DNA of 64,000 nucleotides. Source: Camelus ferus. Its lineage: Eukaryota. How positions within the stretch are numbered: the first letter of the stretch is position 1; each line of letters begins with the position of its first letter. Below, piece after piece: positions 14,021 through 26,537 of the stretch. Made by a program: the position numbers and the translations under genes. Location of the stretch: assembly GCF_009834535.1 (NCBI RefSeq), contig NC_045707.1, positions 50,408,001-50,472,000 of the forward strand. The letters run 5' to 3'. Under the pieces are notes generated by a model that saw only the letters and a list, made by a program, of their open reading frames with translations, had not been told where the DNA came from and did not search any database.

Positions 14021-17000
14021 TCACTCTGCTACACTGTCTCTGCATAATTGTCCATAGTTGTGAAGCCAGTTCCTAAAATCCCATTAGTTTCTATCTTCTC
14101 TAGAAACAAATTGGAATTTTCTCCTTCCTTCTGTCTTCTCCAGATAGCCTCAGAACCCAGGACAACTAACTTCCTCTGTAAGGTAATCATATACTTCCAT
14201 TGGGCTGAGATAACTTTGGTTGGTTTTTGCTGGAAATCACATTCCAAAGATACCCAATAACTTTTCTAGAGATTCAAATTCAATATGCATTGTCCTTTTA
14301 TAATATTCCAGAATGTTCACATATAGTCATGTGTTAGGTCCCATTATTTCCATCTTACAGATGAAAACCCGAGGCTCAGAAAAACTAACTTTCCCAAAGT
14401 CTCACAATGATTATCAGAAAACTCTTGATTTCTGGTCTACTGTTCCTCTCATTAGAGGTGTGACTGATTTAGAATCAGGATTTTTTTTTCCCTTACCAGG
14501 CATCCTCTGGGGTGTCTGGATCACCCTCTTTCATAGCAACACAATTATAAAGATGAATTTTGAATTGAAAACCCCCTTGGGTTTGTTTGAAAGAGTAAAG
14601 GCCATGCTTAGCTTCTATTTTGCCGTGCATCTTTGAGAAGGAAATGGTTTACTACAAGTGCTTGGGCTTGTATAATTTACATGCATACTGTGAAATGACC
14701 TTTGACTTCATGTTCTTGGACTGTGTTTCCCACCTCCTTGCAGGGTGATGAAACTGGACAGCTGCTTCCTAGGGCTAAGGTGAAGATGCAGACAGTATGC
14801 AGCCCCTTCCAGCCACTGGAGAGGAGTTCTACCATAGGACCAAAAGACCCCTCAGCCTTCTGTTCCATGGATGGCTTCTCAATGATCTGTTTGCACATTT
14901 TTTTCCTGCTTGGTAATTAGCACCAGCTGTCTCAACTTAAAAGGAAGGAATCCCTTTGAAATCCTCCCTATCCTCCGTGAAATGTGCTACTGAAACGTGC
15001 TAATTAGTAACTGGACTTAGGACAACACAGACATGTGTTTCCTGTGAGTACTTTGCAAGGGAGAGGAGGAGGAATAGGAACATCTGTTTAGTTGCATATG
15101 TGTGTGTATGCTTTTCTAATTTTCAAGATGACATTTTTAATGAAAATCTATCTGCTCAAATGTGATTGGTAGCCAGTAGCTAAGGTCCAGACCCCCCATG
15201 CATTATTTTTTCTCCCTTCCTTTGTATTCCCTGTTCAAGCTTGTCAGTATTCCTGTGTGCAGAGAGCAGGGCCAGTGGAGGCTTCCCTCTCTGCCTCAGG
15301 AAATTGACTGCCCTGTCAGCATCCTCTCACTCTTCACCAGAGTATCAGGAATCATGGGGCTCTAGGGAAATGAAAAAATAACTCCTCTTCCTTTGGGGAC
15401 CACTGTCCCAGAGTAAGCTGATAGCCAAGTGGGACTGTCACAATTAGCCTTCCCCAGAATTTGAGGAGAAAGCTTAGAAACATAATGTAGCATTGTGTTA
15501 AATGCACTTTGCTAAAAATGGAGAAGCCACTGGTTGGCCAGTTTAAACTATGGTTGAAAATCTGTATCTTCACAAATAATTTTGAGCAGCAAGTTCCAGA
15601 GTTTCAAACTACCTTGCTGGTCTGGGGGCAAGAGCTGCTCATGGCATAGATGGGAAGTTTTTTGGTTCTATGGGAGCCTTTGGGGATTTATTGACAGGAT
15701 GAAGGGAGCTCACAGGAGGCTTGGGGAAAGGGTGGGCAGCATCTTCTATCTACAAGGTCATTGTCTTGGATCAATCTGGTCAAGAACCTACCCTAGCATT
15801 CCTGCTACCATCACAGCAGTAATTCTTGACACCCCAGAGGCTGCTGCTGCAACAATCTGCACCGCAGCTCTTATCAGTCTTGACTCATTTTCAAGTCTTG
15901 GGGTGAGTGCTTGATAGGCTGAACTTAGGTCACATCATTACCACCTGGTTGTAAGGTGGGATGGGGACAGTCATCCAAAGTTCTGCCCTGTTGATGGAAA
16001 TTCAGTTGGAGTTGTTTTTTGCTTTCCCCCAAATCACATATGGTGGTGGAAGGATAATTCCCCATGAGGAAGTTAGGTTATTTTTGGCAATAAAATTTGA
16101 TAAGAACTACTGAAGGAGGATTCTGTTTGTCAATGTCCATCAACTGTGGTTAGATGCAGTCTTGTGTGGCCAATGCTATGAGAGACCTACCCTGTTAATC
16201 TGAAGCCCCACCCAGCACCACTGGCCTTGCTCTGGGGAGTCAATCAAGAACAGGGAGTCCCCTGCTGCACTCCAGGGGTGAAGCAAGCCTCATTCCAAGG
16301 ACTCTGTATCTTTTATGTGCATTAGGTCTATGTTAGTTCTTTGATTTACCTACCTGGCTCTGATCCTTGCCCTTGACTCATTCCCAGACATCCTGTCCTT
16401 GATGTCTGTGGGATCTTGGGCTTTGTCTTGATTGCCTGGCCTCTCTGAATATGTGATTTCAAGCTCTCTCCAACTGAGTAGGTCAGGTAAGACCATCAGA
16501 TTGCTGTATTTTTTCTCCCATATGTTTGTTCTTCTAACTACACCACACTTTCCTATTTGGACTCCTATCGCCATAACACATTGCCATTCTTTTTCTTTCC
16601 TGCTGCTGGATAGAGGCAAAGGGAAGAAGCAAGAATAAAAACATCATCGTGTGTTTCCTTTGGAGACAGAGCAGACTGACCCGTGTGATGTGAGTGCTCC
16701 AAACCCAATGCTGGCTTACTCTCCAGCTTAAACTCTGCAATGATCTCTGCAGCCTTCCAAATTAACTTCAAGTCACTAGGCAGGCAAAACATCCCTGAGC
16801 TATTTGATTCCCATTCCAGGATTGAGCTTTGCCAAGCTACTTTTAGTTTCCCAGGCAACCTCTGCTCTCTCTCATCTTCATCCCTCACACACAGGAAGTT
16901 TACCTCTAGCATTTGTAGGGCCCAGAACTTGAGTACAGATGGAGGTCACAGGCCATATTTCTAAATTCTTCAAATGGGTAGATTAAGCTTCCACCACGTT

Positions 17001-17529
17001 ACATAAAATGTGTTCTATTCTCCACCTTTGACAAAAATGCCTTTATAACTACCTAGAAAGCTATGTTTAGATTTTGAATTCTCAGACTCTTCAGAGTTCC
17101 ACATCAGAATGACACAGAGCAGGAGAGCACTCAGCATCCAGCCCACCAGCCTTCTCTTCCCACCTTGATCTGTCCTGCACGACATGTTTTGCACGTGAGT
17201 TTTTGGACAACCCAGCCTGCACAACCAGGCGCCGTCCACACCCCCTGCAAATGACCATTCCCTAGCAACGAGCACATAAGCAAATGTGGCCCTCTCTTAG
17301 GAGGACAGAAGCCACACAGGTTCTGCAAGGGGGCCTGGAGCCACTGGGGCAAGGACTTCTGGGGTCCTGGTTTCTAGAGCATTGTCTAGAATGGAAAGTG
17401 TGGGAATGGGTTCTGGGTGGGCAGAAGCCCTTGGCCCTGCAGACTCTGTAAGCACAGGAAGGGACTGAGCTGGAGGAGCAGCTAGAGCACCAGGTCCCAG
17501 TGCTGGGTCCGAGGCTGATGTTGGTACAC

Positions 17530-18025
17530 ATTTTTCCCTTCTGCCTAGGATGCTCTTTCCTCTACTTTGTCTAATTGACCCAAATTCAGCTCTCAGGTGT
17601 CCTCATATTCCTCCTCCTTCCTCGAAGAGAAGTCTTCTTAATTCTCCCAGGGTAGGGTTCATGTTCCAACTAAACTGACCGAAACACTCACCATGTGACT
17701 CTGAGTAAGTGATTCAACCTATCAGCACCTCAGTTTACTTGCAAGACTATCATATGGGTGTAAGAGTTACTGCATGTAGAATTTTAGAACAGTGCCTGAT
17801 AGAAACTCTTTTAATGATTATTACACAAACACAGCGCACTGTACTTACTCCTATAGGACTACTTCACACTGCTTTGTCACTATGTGTTTTCTCACACCTC
17901 TCTTCCAGCAGATAATGTGCTTCTTGCAATCAAAAACTTAATTTTATCTAATGTTGTATTCCTAACACAAAGCCCAATATATGTAACATAGTAGGTATTC
18001 TACAAAGGTGTATCCAGTAGATGAA
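17530..18025 (+). mobile_element. L2 3' fragment with a MIR-like piece inside
   Basis: ttccttctgcctaggatgctctttcc...catagtaggtattctacaaag. Confidence 0.55.
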
Positions 18026-18959
18026 CTGCCCTGAGGGGAGTTGGAATTTTCAGCTTGAAGTGTTCATGCTACAGTCCATGAGCACCAATAGGAAAATCCC
18101 TGGAAGGCTGAACTCAGCTTCTCAGAGTCTTCTGACTCTAGGCTCTTAGAAGATTTGATGCAGATGATAGAAAGGAGCTAGAACTGTGTCAATGAGTGGC
18201 ATAGAGAAGAAATATTTAAGTGGCAGTCCTACCCAGAGATTAAATATGATCGTACAAGACATTAATCTTATGTCCTGGTAAAGATTTACCATCCAAAACA
18301 TTACAGCACATGTAATATTGTATTTGTCCTCACATGAGCCAAAGGATCCATCAAGCATTCCTCCCAGGGCTTTGAAACCACATGTTTCTGGACATCTATG
18401 ATCTGAGGAGTATGTCTCTGTTTTCTTTAATTGGATCTGTTTATTCTGATGACTTGCAGATAAGCAAAGCTCAGGAAATACGGTCAGGAGAAAGTCTTTA
18501 ATGATGTTTGCTTGATTACAATTATGAAACTGCTTTGCAGAGCCTTCCCCATCATTTACTCAAGTGGTTGCTAAGTAATTTCCGATCCAGTCCCACAATT
18601 AGAATGAATGGGCCTGGCTGCTGGTTGGTCATGAAACTGCTCTGTTCATCATTCATTCATTCACTAGGGGTCGTCCTGAACTGTAATTGGATGTAGCAGA
18701 ATGCTTTGCACAGTGCCCCAAAACAAAAAAAAAAAAAATGAAGAAAAATTGAAAACCCTAATTGAACTAACTTTTCCCTTCTTTTAAAGTCCTTTTTACT
18801 CATGTAGCCATTGCATATAATAATAGTATACTTTTTTTAATGTTTAAAGCATGGCAAATAGGACTTCTCAAATTTAATCAGAATAAAAACTGAGCATCTA
18901 AAGACAGTATGAAATTTTCTCTTTTATCAGATCATTATAATTTATAATAATTATTTTTA

Positions 18960-19200
18960 TTATGACAAACACCTATACAGTGTTTGTAATGTGCTAGGCA
19001 CTGAGTACTTTGTGTATATTAACACATTTAATTCTTACAAAGATCCTAAGAGGTCTGAACTATCCTTGTTCTTACTCTACAAATGAGAAGACTGAGGCAT
19101 GGAGAGTTAGGTATTTTGACTAAGGTTATACAATAAGTGGCAAGGCCAGGAACCCAGCCCACCTGTTTCTAGAGTCTGGTCACTTCACAATTATGCTCTG
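18960..19200 (-). mobile_element. MIR SINE
   Basis: atgtgctaggcactgagtactttg...acaaatgagaagactgaggcatggagagttagg. Confidence 0.8.
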
Positions 19201-19599
19201 TGGTGTAAAAAAATACTTAAAGGCATTTTTCACCTAGAGAGGCTTTATCCAGTAAAAATAAAGAGGATAATATTAATACAGACATCATTGTACTCATTTT
19301 CAGTTTCATGCATATTTTTTATTTCTGAGCAACGTGGTCTTGCTATGACGGAATACATAATATACTGATGCATTATATGGCTGGTTGTGGTACGGGTTAG
19401 TGAGTTTTCGCTAATGGAATTATACCTTACTACGTTGAGCATCTGACATTTTGGCTTTTCTATGTTTTGGAACTGACTTTCCCAAATGAAGACTTTTCTG
19501 AATGAAATGAAACTGAAGTTGAATGAAGTGCTGGGGTGGGGGGTGGGGGGGCGGTGTGCTCTCCACCCTGGAATCCATGTACTCTGACATGGAGGTCGT

Positions 19600-19613
19600 G
19601 TTGCCATGGAAAT
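19600..19613. promoter_or_regulatory. RFX X-box-like motif GTTGCCATGGAAAT
   Basis: Close match to the X-box consensus; exact reverse complement of the motif at 8166-8179. Confidence 0.35.
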
Positions 19614-19929
19614 GTCATGTCATCATGTTTCAGTGCTGACATGGTAAGATTTTGATTCTGCGTTTACCCTACATTCTTCCTTTCCTTAGATTCCCCGCTT
19701 CCTGGATACATTCCCTCCTGGATCTGGTCTTATCACAAGTTAATGATAACCAGTTGTTAACAGACAGAAAAAAAAAAAAAGTTCAGCATCCAGTAAATCT
19801 TTCTAGAACCTGATAAAAGGAAAAAGTAGGTGTTCCCACTACTTCACTTGACCTTTTAAAAGGGTGCCTCACAAGGTTTTTAGAGGCTTTTTCTGTTATA
19901 GATTATAATTACTCTTGTGTCTGGCTTGA

Positions 19930-20175
19930 GGGGTGGCAGTAGTGGAGAGAGAGAAGAGAGCGACAAGATAGGGACACGGTACCAAGAGGTACAAACTGCT
20001 ATGTATAAAATAAATAAGCTACAAGGATATATGGTACAGCACGGGGAATATAACCAATATTTTATAATAATTGTAAATGGAATATAACCTTTAAAAATTG
20101 TGAATCATTAGGTTGTACATCTGAAATTTACATAATACTGTACATCAACTATACCTCCATAAAAAAGAAAAAAAC
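19930..20175 (+). mobile_element. L1 3' UTR end with poly(A)
   Basis: gaggtacaaactgctatgtataaaataaataagctacaaggatatatggtacagcacggggaatata...catcaactatacctccataaaaaagaaaaaaa. Confidence 0.9.
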
Positions 20176-20926
20176 AATCAACCAGTAGAGGCAGATTTCA
20201 AACCCAAATAGTCTGTTATCAGACCTCTGTAGTTAACCACTGTTCTACACAGACTTCTAAAGCCTGACGTTTTCTAGGGTGATACTTAAACATTTCTGAA
20301 TCCTTGATCCCTATTCTTAATTACTGGATTTGACAGGATCTTTTAGCTCTTCAGCTCTGTGTCAAAATACATGGCATTTATGTTTATCTATGCTTGTATG
20401 TGTGCATGGGTGTGTAAGTCAAAGAAAATTAAAATTATTTTTGCCCAGAATTTCACAATCTCTTTAGAGATAATTATGAACAGCTTGGGATACTACAAGA
20501 ACACGTTTAGGAATCACTTGTGCAATATTTGTATCCACACTTCTGTTAATCTTTAGTTGAAAGGAGAAACAGCTGGGGACTCTGTTCTTTAAAATAATTC
20601 TTTAATCTTTTCTTCCTAAAGTTTTTTACAACCTTTCTGGTTTTTTTCCTCAGTGCCTCTATTCTAACCCTGAATGTGTGAAATTGAGAAATATTGAAGT
20701 ATTTTGTGATGTCATAATATTATTTCAGTCCTTCAGGTTTGTCCTTATGTATTATTTTTAGGACAATAATCATTAATGTGTTGGTTTGTGTTTGGCTCAG
20801 GTTCAGCACAATAATGCTATTTATTCCAACTAGGAGTTCATAGTTAGGTTCCACTTCCTGCATAGCTTTTGCTCAATTCCTGGTCAGTAAGATCATATAA
20901 ATATAAAGATAAATATAAGATCATAT

Positions 20927-21226
20927 AAAACTTCCCCTGATTGAGAATCATCTTATCAATTCTTGTTAGATAAGCTGGAATAATTTGCCAATCAAAATAA
21001 ATATTTCATTGAATACTTAGCATGACTCAGGCCATGTACGTGTATTACTTAATTTAGTCCTTTTTAGAATCCTTAGAAATCAGTCCTATTATTGTCTCCA
21101 TTTTACAGATGAGGAAACTAAGACTCTGAGGAGTTGAGTAACTTTCATGACGTCACATAGGCAAGTTGGTAAAGCCAACATTAAAATCCAGGTCCTCTGG
21201 CTCTGGAATCTGCATTTGTAAACATT
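20927..21226 (+). repeat. Derived copy of a perfect 300-bp dispersed duplication
   Basis: Base-for-base identical to 22096-22395 (offset 1169). Confidence 0.97.
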
Positions 21227-21916
21227 TGATATGATTTAACTCATAGTATAACCAAATCTTCATCAAAGGGAATTTTACCAATATAGTCATAAAATATTAT
21301 CATAATAGCATCATAATAGTCTCATACTCATCACAATACCACCAGAGGTTATTTATTACATTTCCATTTAACATAGGACATTGAATTAAATTACTACAAT
21401 ACTTCACAGTTTGGGGCTGAGGACAGAGTGAAATGGTTGAATCCAGTCTTTTAAACTGTGTGTCTATTGAGGTGCTTAATAAATATATTCTGGGTAGTTT
21501 TTATCTTAGGGGCCAGGAAGAATTTAGAATTTTATAAGATTTACACGACTGAAAACCGAGTCTGGCACCTAAAAGCTGCATGATTGATGGTGTTTCTCTA
21601 CCCTCTAGTGGTCTGATCCAGAACTGAGATAACCAACACAAGACTCTCCAAGGAAAATTGCCTGAGAATTCTGGGGTCTGGACAGCAGCACCTGCATGTA
21701 CTCGGCCATGAATTCTAAAGGGCAACAGTAAGAAGACATTTAAGGCCAGGCCTAGAGTGGCACAATGTTAAGTGTGAATTTTTATCACTAAGCTGATTTT
21801 ACAGGAATGACAGAAGGAGTGGTGGTAGCTTAAAAAAAAAAAGTCCCCCTTTAAATTTCTTACTTCTTCTGAAATATTGGAGTTTGTAGTATGTTGAAAC
21901 AAATGTTCTCTCTCTC

Positions 21917-22122
21917 TGAGGGTTTCACCTCAGTGACATTATTGACATTTTGGTCGATAATTCTTTGTTGGGAAGGGGCCCTCTGCATTGTAAGATGTTT
22001 GCCACATCCCTGATTTCTTACCTACTAGATACTAGTAGCATCCCAGCTGTGATAACCAAAATCATCCTCAGCATTGCCAAATGTCTCTTGGGGGAAAAAC
22101 TTCCCCTGATTGAGAATCATCT
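21917..22122 (-). mobile_element. MER20 hAT-Charlie DNA transposon
   Basis: ttattgacattttgg...gcattgtaagatgttt...cattgccaaatgtctcttgggggaaaaacttcccctgattgagaatca. Confidence 0.85.
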
Positions 22123-22395
22123 TATCAATTCTTGTTAGATAAGCTGGAATAATTTGCCAATCAAAATAAATATTTCATTGAATACTTAGCATGACTCAGG
22201 CCATGTACGTGTATTACTTAATTTAGTCCTTTTTAGAATCCTTAGAAATCAGTCCTATTATTGTCTCCATTTTACAGATGAGGAAACTAAGACTCTGAGG
22301 AGTTGAGTAACTTTCATGACGTCACATAGGCAAGTTGGTAAAGCCAACATTAAAATCCAGGTCCTCTGGCTCTGGAATCTGCATTTGTAAACATT
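22096..22395 (+). repeat. Donor copy of the 300-bp duplication (MER20 end, spacer, antisense MIR)
   Basis: Identical to 20927-21226; continuous with the upstream MER20. Confidence 0.97.
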
Positions 22396-22559
22396 CTACT
22401 ACAAAATCATAACTCCTTATTAAGCCCCCAGTAGAGTGAAAAACAGAAATACTGATTTATTAAGTAATAATAATGCATAGCTGCCAATTTAAGATAATTT
22501 TCTGAAATCGACAAAACAGAAAGTAAAGATAGTCATCCTCTAACATTGTCAGAGGAAGA

Positions 22560-23085
22560 TTTATTTTTTCATTTATTTATCAGATACCCACTCTCCATAC
22601 AGATGCAGAAATGTGCAAAACAAAGCCCCTGCCCTCTGAACTTACATTGTTGCAAGCAATTAGCACGTGAACAAAGGCATATATAATATTTCACATAGTA
22701 ATATGCTATGGAGAGAACAAAACACATTAAAGGGGATAGAGAGGGTCTGGGATGGGGTGGGGTACTTCTATTTTATATAGGGTGGTGGGGAAGTAGTCCA
22801 AGTAGTGAGAACAGCAAGTGCAAAGGCCCTGAGGTAGAAGCATATTGGAAGTGGCAGCGGCTTGCTAGTATAGCAAGGGGAAAGCAAGGAGCCAGTGGAA
22901 GTGGAGCAGAGTGAAGGAGGGGAGCAGTAGGAGATGAGATAGAGAGGTGGTAGTAGGTGGAGGGGGGAGGACCAAAGATGCCCTGAGGTTCATCTGGTAG
23001 GGTAAAAGGACTTCTTGACTTTTACTGTGAGATGAGTATTTATTGAGCAGAGAATTGCCATGACCTGATAATTTTTCAAAGAACC
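22560..23085 (-). mobile_element. L2 fragment
   Basis: gaacagcaagtgcaaaggccctgagg...aaggagccagtggaagtggagcagagtga. Confidence 0.75.
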
Positions 23086-23564
23086 ATCTACTTCCCCTGA
23101 TTTGGGAAGTAATTTATCCTAATGGTTAAGACTGTAAGTTCCAGAATCAGACCAACCTCATTCTAAAGGATATCTTTATGAACTTGCCTCCTGTGGGCTT
23201 TGGAGCAAGTAATTTAATTTATCTGAGCCTCTCAATTCTTATCTGTAGAAAAGATGTTAATTGAATAGTTAATTGAATCTAAGTGCCATAGACAAAAGAC
23301 ATACCATGATTTTCTGTACCAATAAGAAAATTAGAAAACAAATCTGCTAATCATGTATGAGTCAGTCAAACTAGGCTCTCCAAGTGTGGAATTGTCTTTA
23401 AGCTATTCTTGGGGATTTGGTCATTTGTCCGGCCTTCATTTGCATTGCTTGGCATATAATAGAAAATTATTTTGCATAAATCTCAGTAAGAAAAATCACA
23501 GCTTCATCTATTCGTTGGTAGCTTCATTTCTTAGGGTCCCATAAAACATTTGATTATTGCTTTG

Positions 23565-23599
23565 AAAGGCAGCTATGCTCACCACTACACCACCAACGC
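23565..23599 (-). pseudogene. Tailless retropseudogene of the 5' half of tRNA-Gly(TCC)
   Basis: Minus strand reads GCGTTGGTGGTGTAGTGGTGAGCATAGCTGCCTTT against tRNA-Gly-TCC GCGTTGGTGGTATAGTGGTGAGCATAGCTGCCTTC. TSD tgattattgctttg (23551-23564) / tggttgttgctttg (23600-23613). Confidence 0.9.
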
Positions 23600-26026
23600 T
23601 GGTTGTTGCTTTGTAAGAAAATATAGACTCAGAGTCTTTATTTCCTATGATGAATACTTGCTTTACAAACACAAAATTTAATCTAATTTCTTACTCAGTT
23701 TTTATGCTGGTTCTGCTTGTAAAATAATCCTTAGTTTAAATACTGGATCATAGTGTAAAAGATTTTTAAACAGCAATTAAACCCAACATATGCAGTGCCA
23801 ATAATGTGCATAAGTCAAACTGAAGTGACAGTATTATGAGTTTACACATTCACAGACAATGATAGAATTACATCATGTCTGCCCTCTGGTCTATGGTGAT
23901 TGTAAGGTGACATCAATTCTGTGCTAAAATGTTCCATATATATGTGTTTATCTACCTACCTATCAATCTATCTATGTGATATTATGGCACATATGAGCTA
24001 TATATATGATATTATATGTGTATATTAAATTTAAATATATAAAATCTATCTCTGTATGCATTTATTTTAGAATTGATGGACTATGTGGTAGTGCCTGCCC
24101 TAGAGAACAGAATTAAGATGGGAAGTTCCTAGCACAGAATTAGCCCTTAGAAACTGTTAGTTATCATTTTCATCTCTATGAAGACTTTATATTACATGCT
24201 TCCATCTCTTTCTGTAAGAATCCCTAACTTAATTTCATTTCCTCTGTTTTTCCTGGACTTAAATCTTCTAACTCTAATTACTCAGGCGGATCTCCCTCCT
24301 TCTACACTTTTTACTCTCAGAAGGAAATTAAATTACAAGTCTCTAACTCCCTAAACATTCTTTTTCCCCAAGTCATTAATCAACAGCTCATGTTAAGGGG
24401 AAAAAAAATTGCCCCAGATCTCTGGAGAATGTTTCTATGGCATAATAGATTCTTCCTTATTTCCTATCCCCTGAGTAGCTTTCAATTCAAGGTACGTGTT
24501 TGTCTTGAATTTTAAAAATTCCCTTGATGATTTGAAATGCTGAGAGAACATCATCACTTTGTCTTATTCCTCTTTATTCGTCAGCCTGCTCTAATAAAAT
24601 GCTGGTTGGTCCACCCTGCTCAGAGAATGTCGTGGTTAACTGGTAAGCTCAGCATTCTGGCTTATTGTTATGGTCATAATGCCATCTGAGATCATTTAGG
24701 GAAAGACTGGGGGGAGCCAAACTGCTGATTATCGTTTACCCCACGCCTTTTTACATCTTCCTGGAATGATATACTTCTTGAACACCTGTCTCATCAAATG
24801 AAAACAAGAAAGAAAACAGATCAAAAGGACTAAGAAGAAACCCAACTCGGGGGTCAGCTTGCCCGTATTACGCATGAGCTGGGAATGGCCCGGGTGCTCG
24901 GCGGTGCTGGAATCTTAGGCAAGACAGAGATGCTGTCAGTGTCTTATCAGCCCCAGGTGGTTAACAGCCTCTTAAATCTTTAGATTAAATTGCTTCTAGG
25001 TCTTTTAGAGCAGGTGGTCTGTTCAGAACTCTAGGCTGTGGAATGTCAGAGAGAGGTGAAGTGTCCATTTGTGAGGGAGGATGGGCAGCTAGAAAGGCAT
25101 TTATTATTTAGTTAAGTCCACTTACTTAATCTGGGTAGAGCATAATAAAGCTGATGATTGGGTCCCTTTAAAATTATGGATTATAATTAAAGGTCATCTA
25201 TCTAAACATCATGTTGCTCATCATTAAAAGTGCTGTAAGCAGTTTAATTCACTTGTATTGACACCTGGATTGGAATTTGTGAAGAGCTTAGTGGCCAGAT
25301 GCCTGCCCCAGAGGCACTTAAACTCTAACACTGACTTTCTCCAAAGTTGCAAAACACTTACAAGTTGACTTGCCAATGCTTTTGACGGTCAGCTCCCAGC
25401 TGTCTCAGCTGAACATGTTTGAATTAGCAAATTAATATTTTTATGTCAGTCTCCAAATCCATACAAAAATGAACCCTGAAGCATTTTAACAGCCCATTCC
25501 CAACAGAAATGTCTAGAACCCTGCTTTTCCTTAAAGAATTATTTTTTTTAAGATTTGAAAACCAGAATGCCTGAGAGCTTTAAGAGGCCTCCCTTTTTGG
25601 CATGTTTCAGATAAAGAAAATGGTTGTGAAGAGAGAGAGATCATTCACTGTGATTTGTGCCTGAGTACTGAGTTTATCCAGTAAGGGTCTGTCTTCAGAT
25701 GAGAAATAGACAGTCTAGACAGGAAGAGGGAAGTGGCGGGGGTCAGGAAGCAGCAGGCAGAGCAGAGCTCCCTGCTGCTCTATGGACTTAACCTCTGAAC
25801 AACCACACACTATGGGTTTTGGGGAAAGGATCAGTGAAGCCGGGGGAACTAAATCAATATTAATGTTCATGCACAAACTTACGATTAAAAGTCAAGCAAC
25901 ATTTCCTTGCTAAGAGTCTGTTATAAGCATTCTCCCGAGAAGAAAAAAAGTTTGATATGAGGGAGTCTCATTGGTCTTACAGAGACTCATCTTATTCTCT
26001 GTCAAATTAAGTTAGAAATGGATTGA

Positions 26027-26133
26027 GAGCTCGCTTTGGCAGCACCTATACTAACACTGGAACGGTACAGAGAAGATTAGCATGGCCCCTGTGTAAGGAT
26101 GACACGTAAATTCACAAAGTGGTCCATATTTTT
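26027..26133 (+). pseudogene. Full-length U6 snRNA retrocopy, the 5' part of a U6-L1 chimera
   Basis: gagctcgctttggcagcacctatactaacactggaacggtacagagaagattagcatggcccctg...ccatattttt matches U6 end to end with scattered substitutions. Confidence 0.95.
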
Positions 26134-26284
26134 AAAACCTTGTAATGGCTTATAATGAAAAAGAATGTGAAAAGGAATATATATATGTGTGTGTGTATGT
26201 GTATGTGTCTAACTGAACTATGCTGTAACCAGAAAGTAATGCAACATTGTAAATCGACTACACTTCAATTTAAAAAAAAAAAAA
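26134..26284 (+). mobile_element. L1 3' terminus with poly(A), fused to U6
   Basis: ccttgtaatggcttataatgaaaaagaat...aacattgtaaatcgactacacttcaattt(A)n. TSD core atggattga at 26018-26026 and 26287-26295. Confidence 0.9.
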
Positions 26285-26537
26285 GGATGGATTGAAAGCA
26301 TCTTAAGCTTCGCTTTGAAAATCTAGCCTAATCAGCTATCTGATTACATAACCCCTTGCTACCAAAATATCTTCAATTTTATTTGAGGAGACTATTGTGA
26401 GAAATATTCTGTTTATGGAGACTTTGGGAGGATCTGGTTTTATTTGGTCAACCTAAAACCAATCTACCAAAAATAATTTTGACTACCTATTATTTGCCTG
26501 TCTTCTTAGTTGTTGGAAAGAATAATGTTATTAAAGG

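Noticed and set aside
23090..23102. Third occurrence of acttcccctgatt, the start of the 300-bp duplication
   Set aside because: Only 13 bp and the match does not extend; cannot be separated from chance.
23565..23599. Functional tRNA gene
   Set aside because: Only the 5' half is present; there is no T-arm, B box or 3' acceptor strand.
26027..26133. Functional U6 snRNA gene
   Set aside because: Multiple substitutions, fusion to an L1 tail and a flanking TSD show it is a retrocopy.
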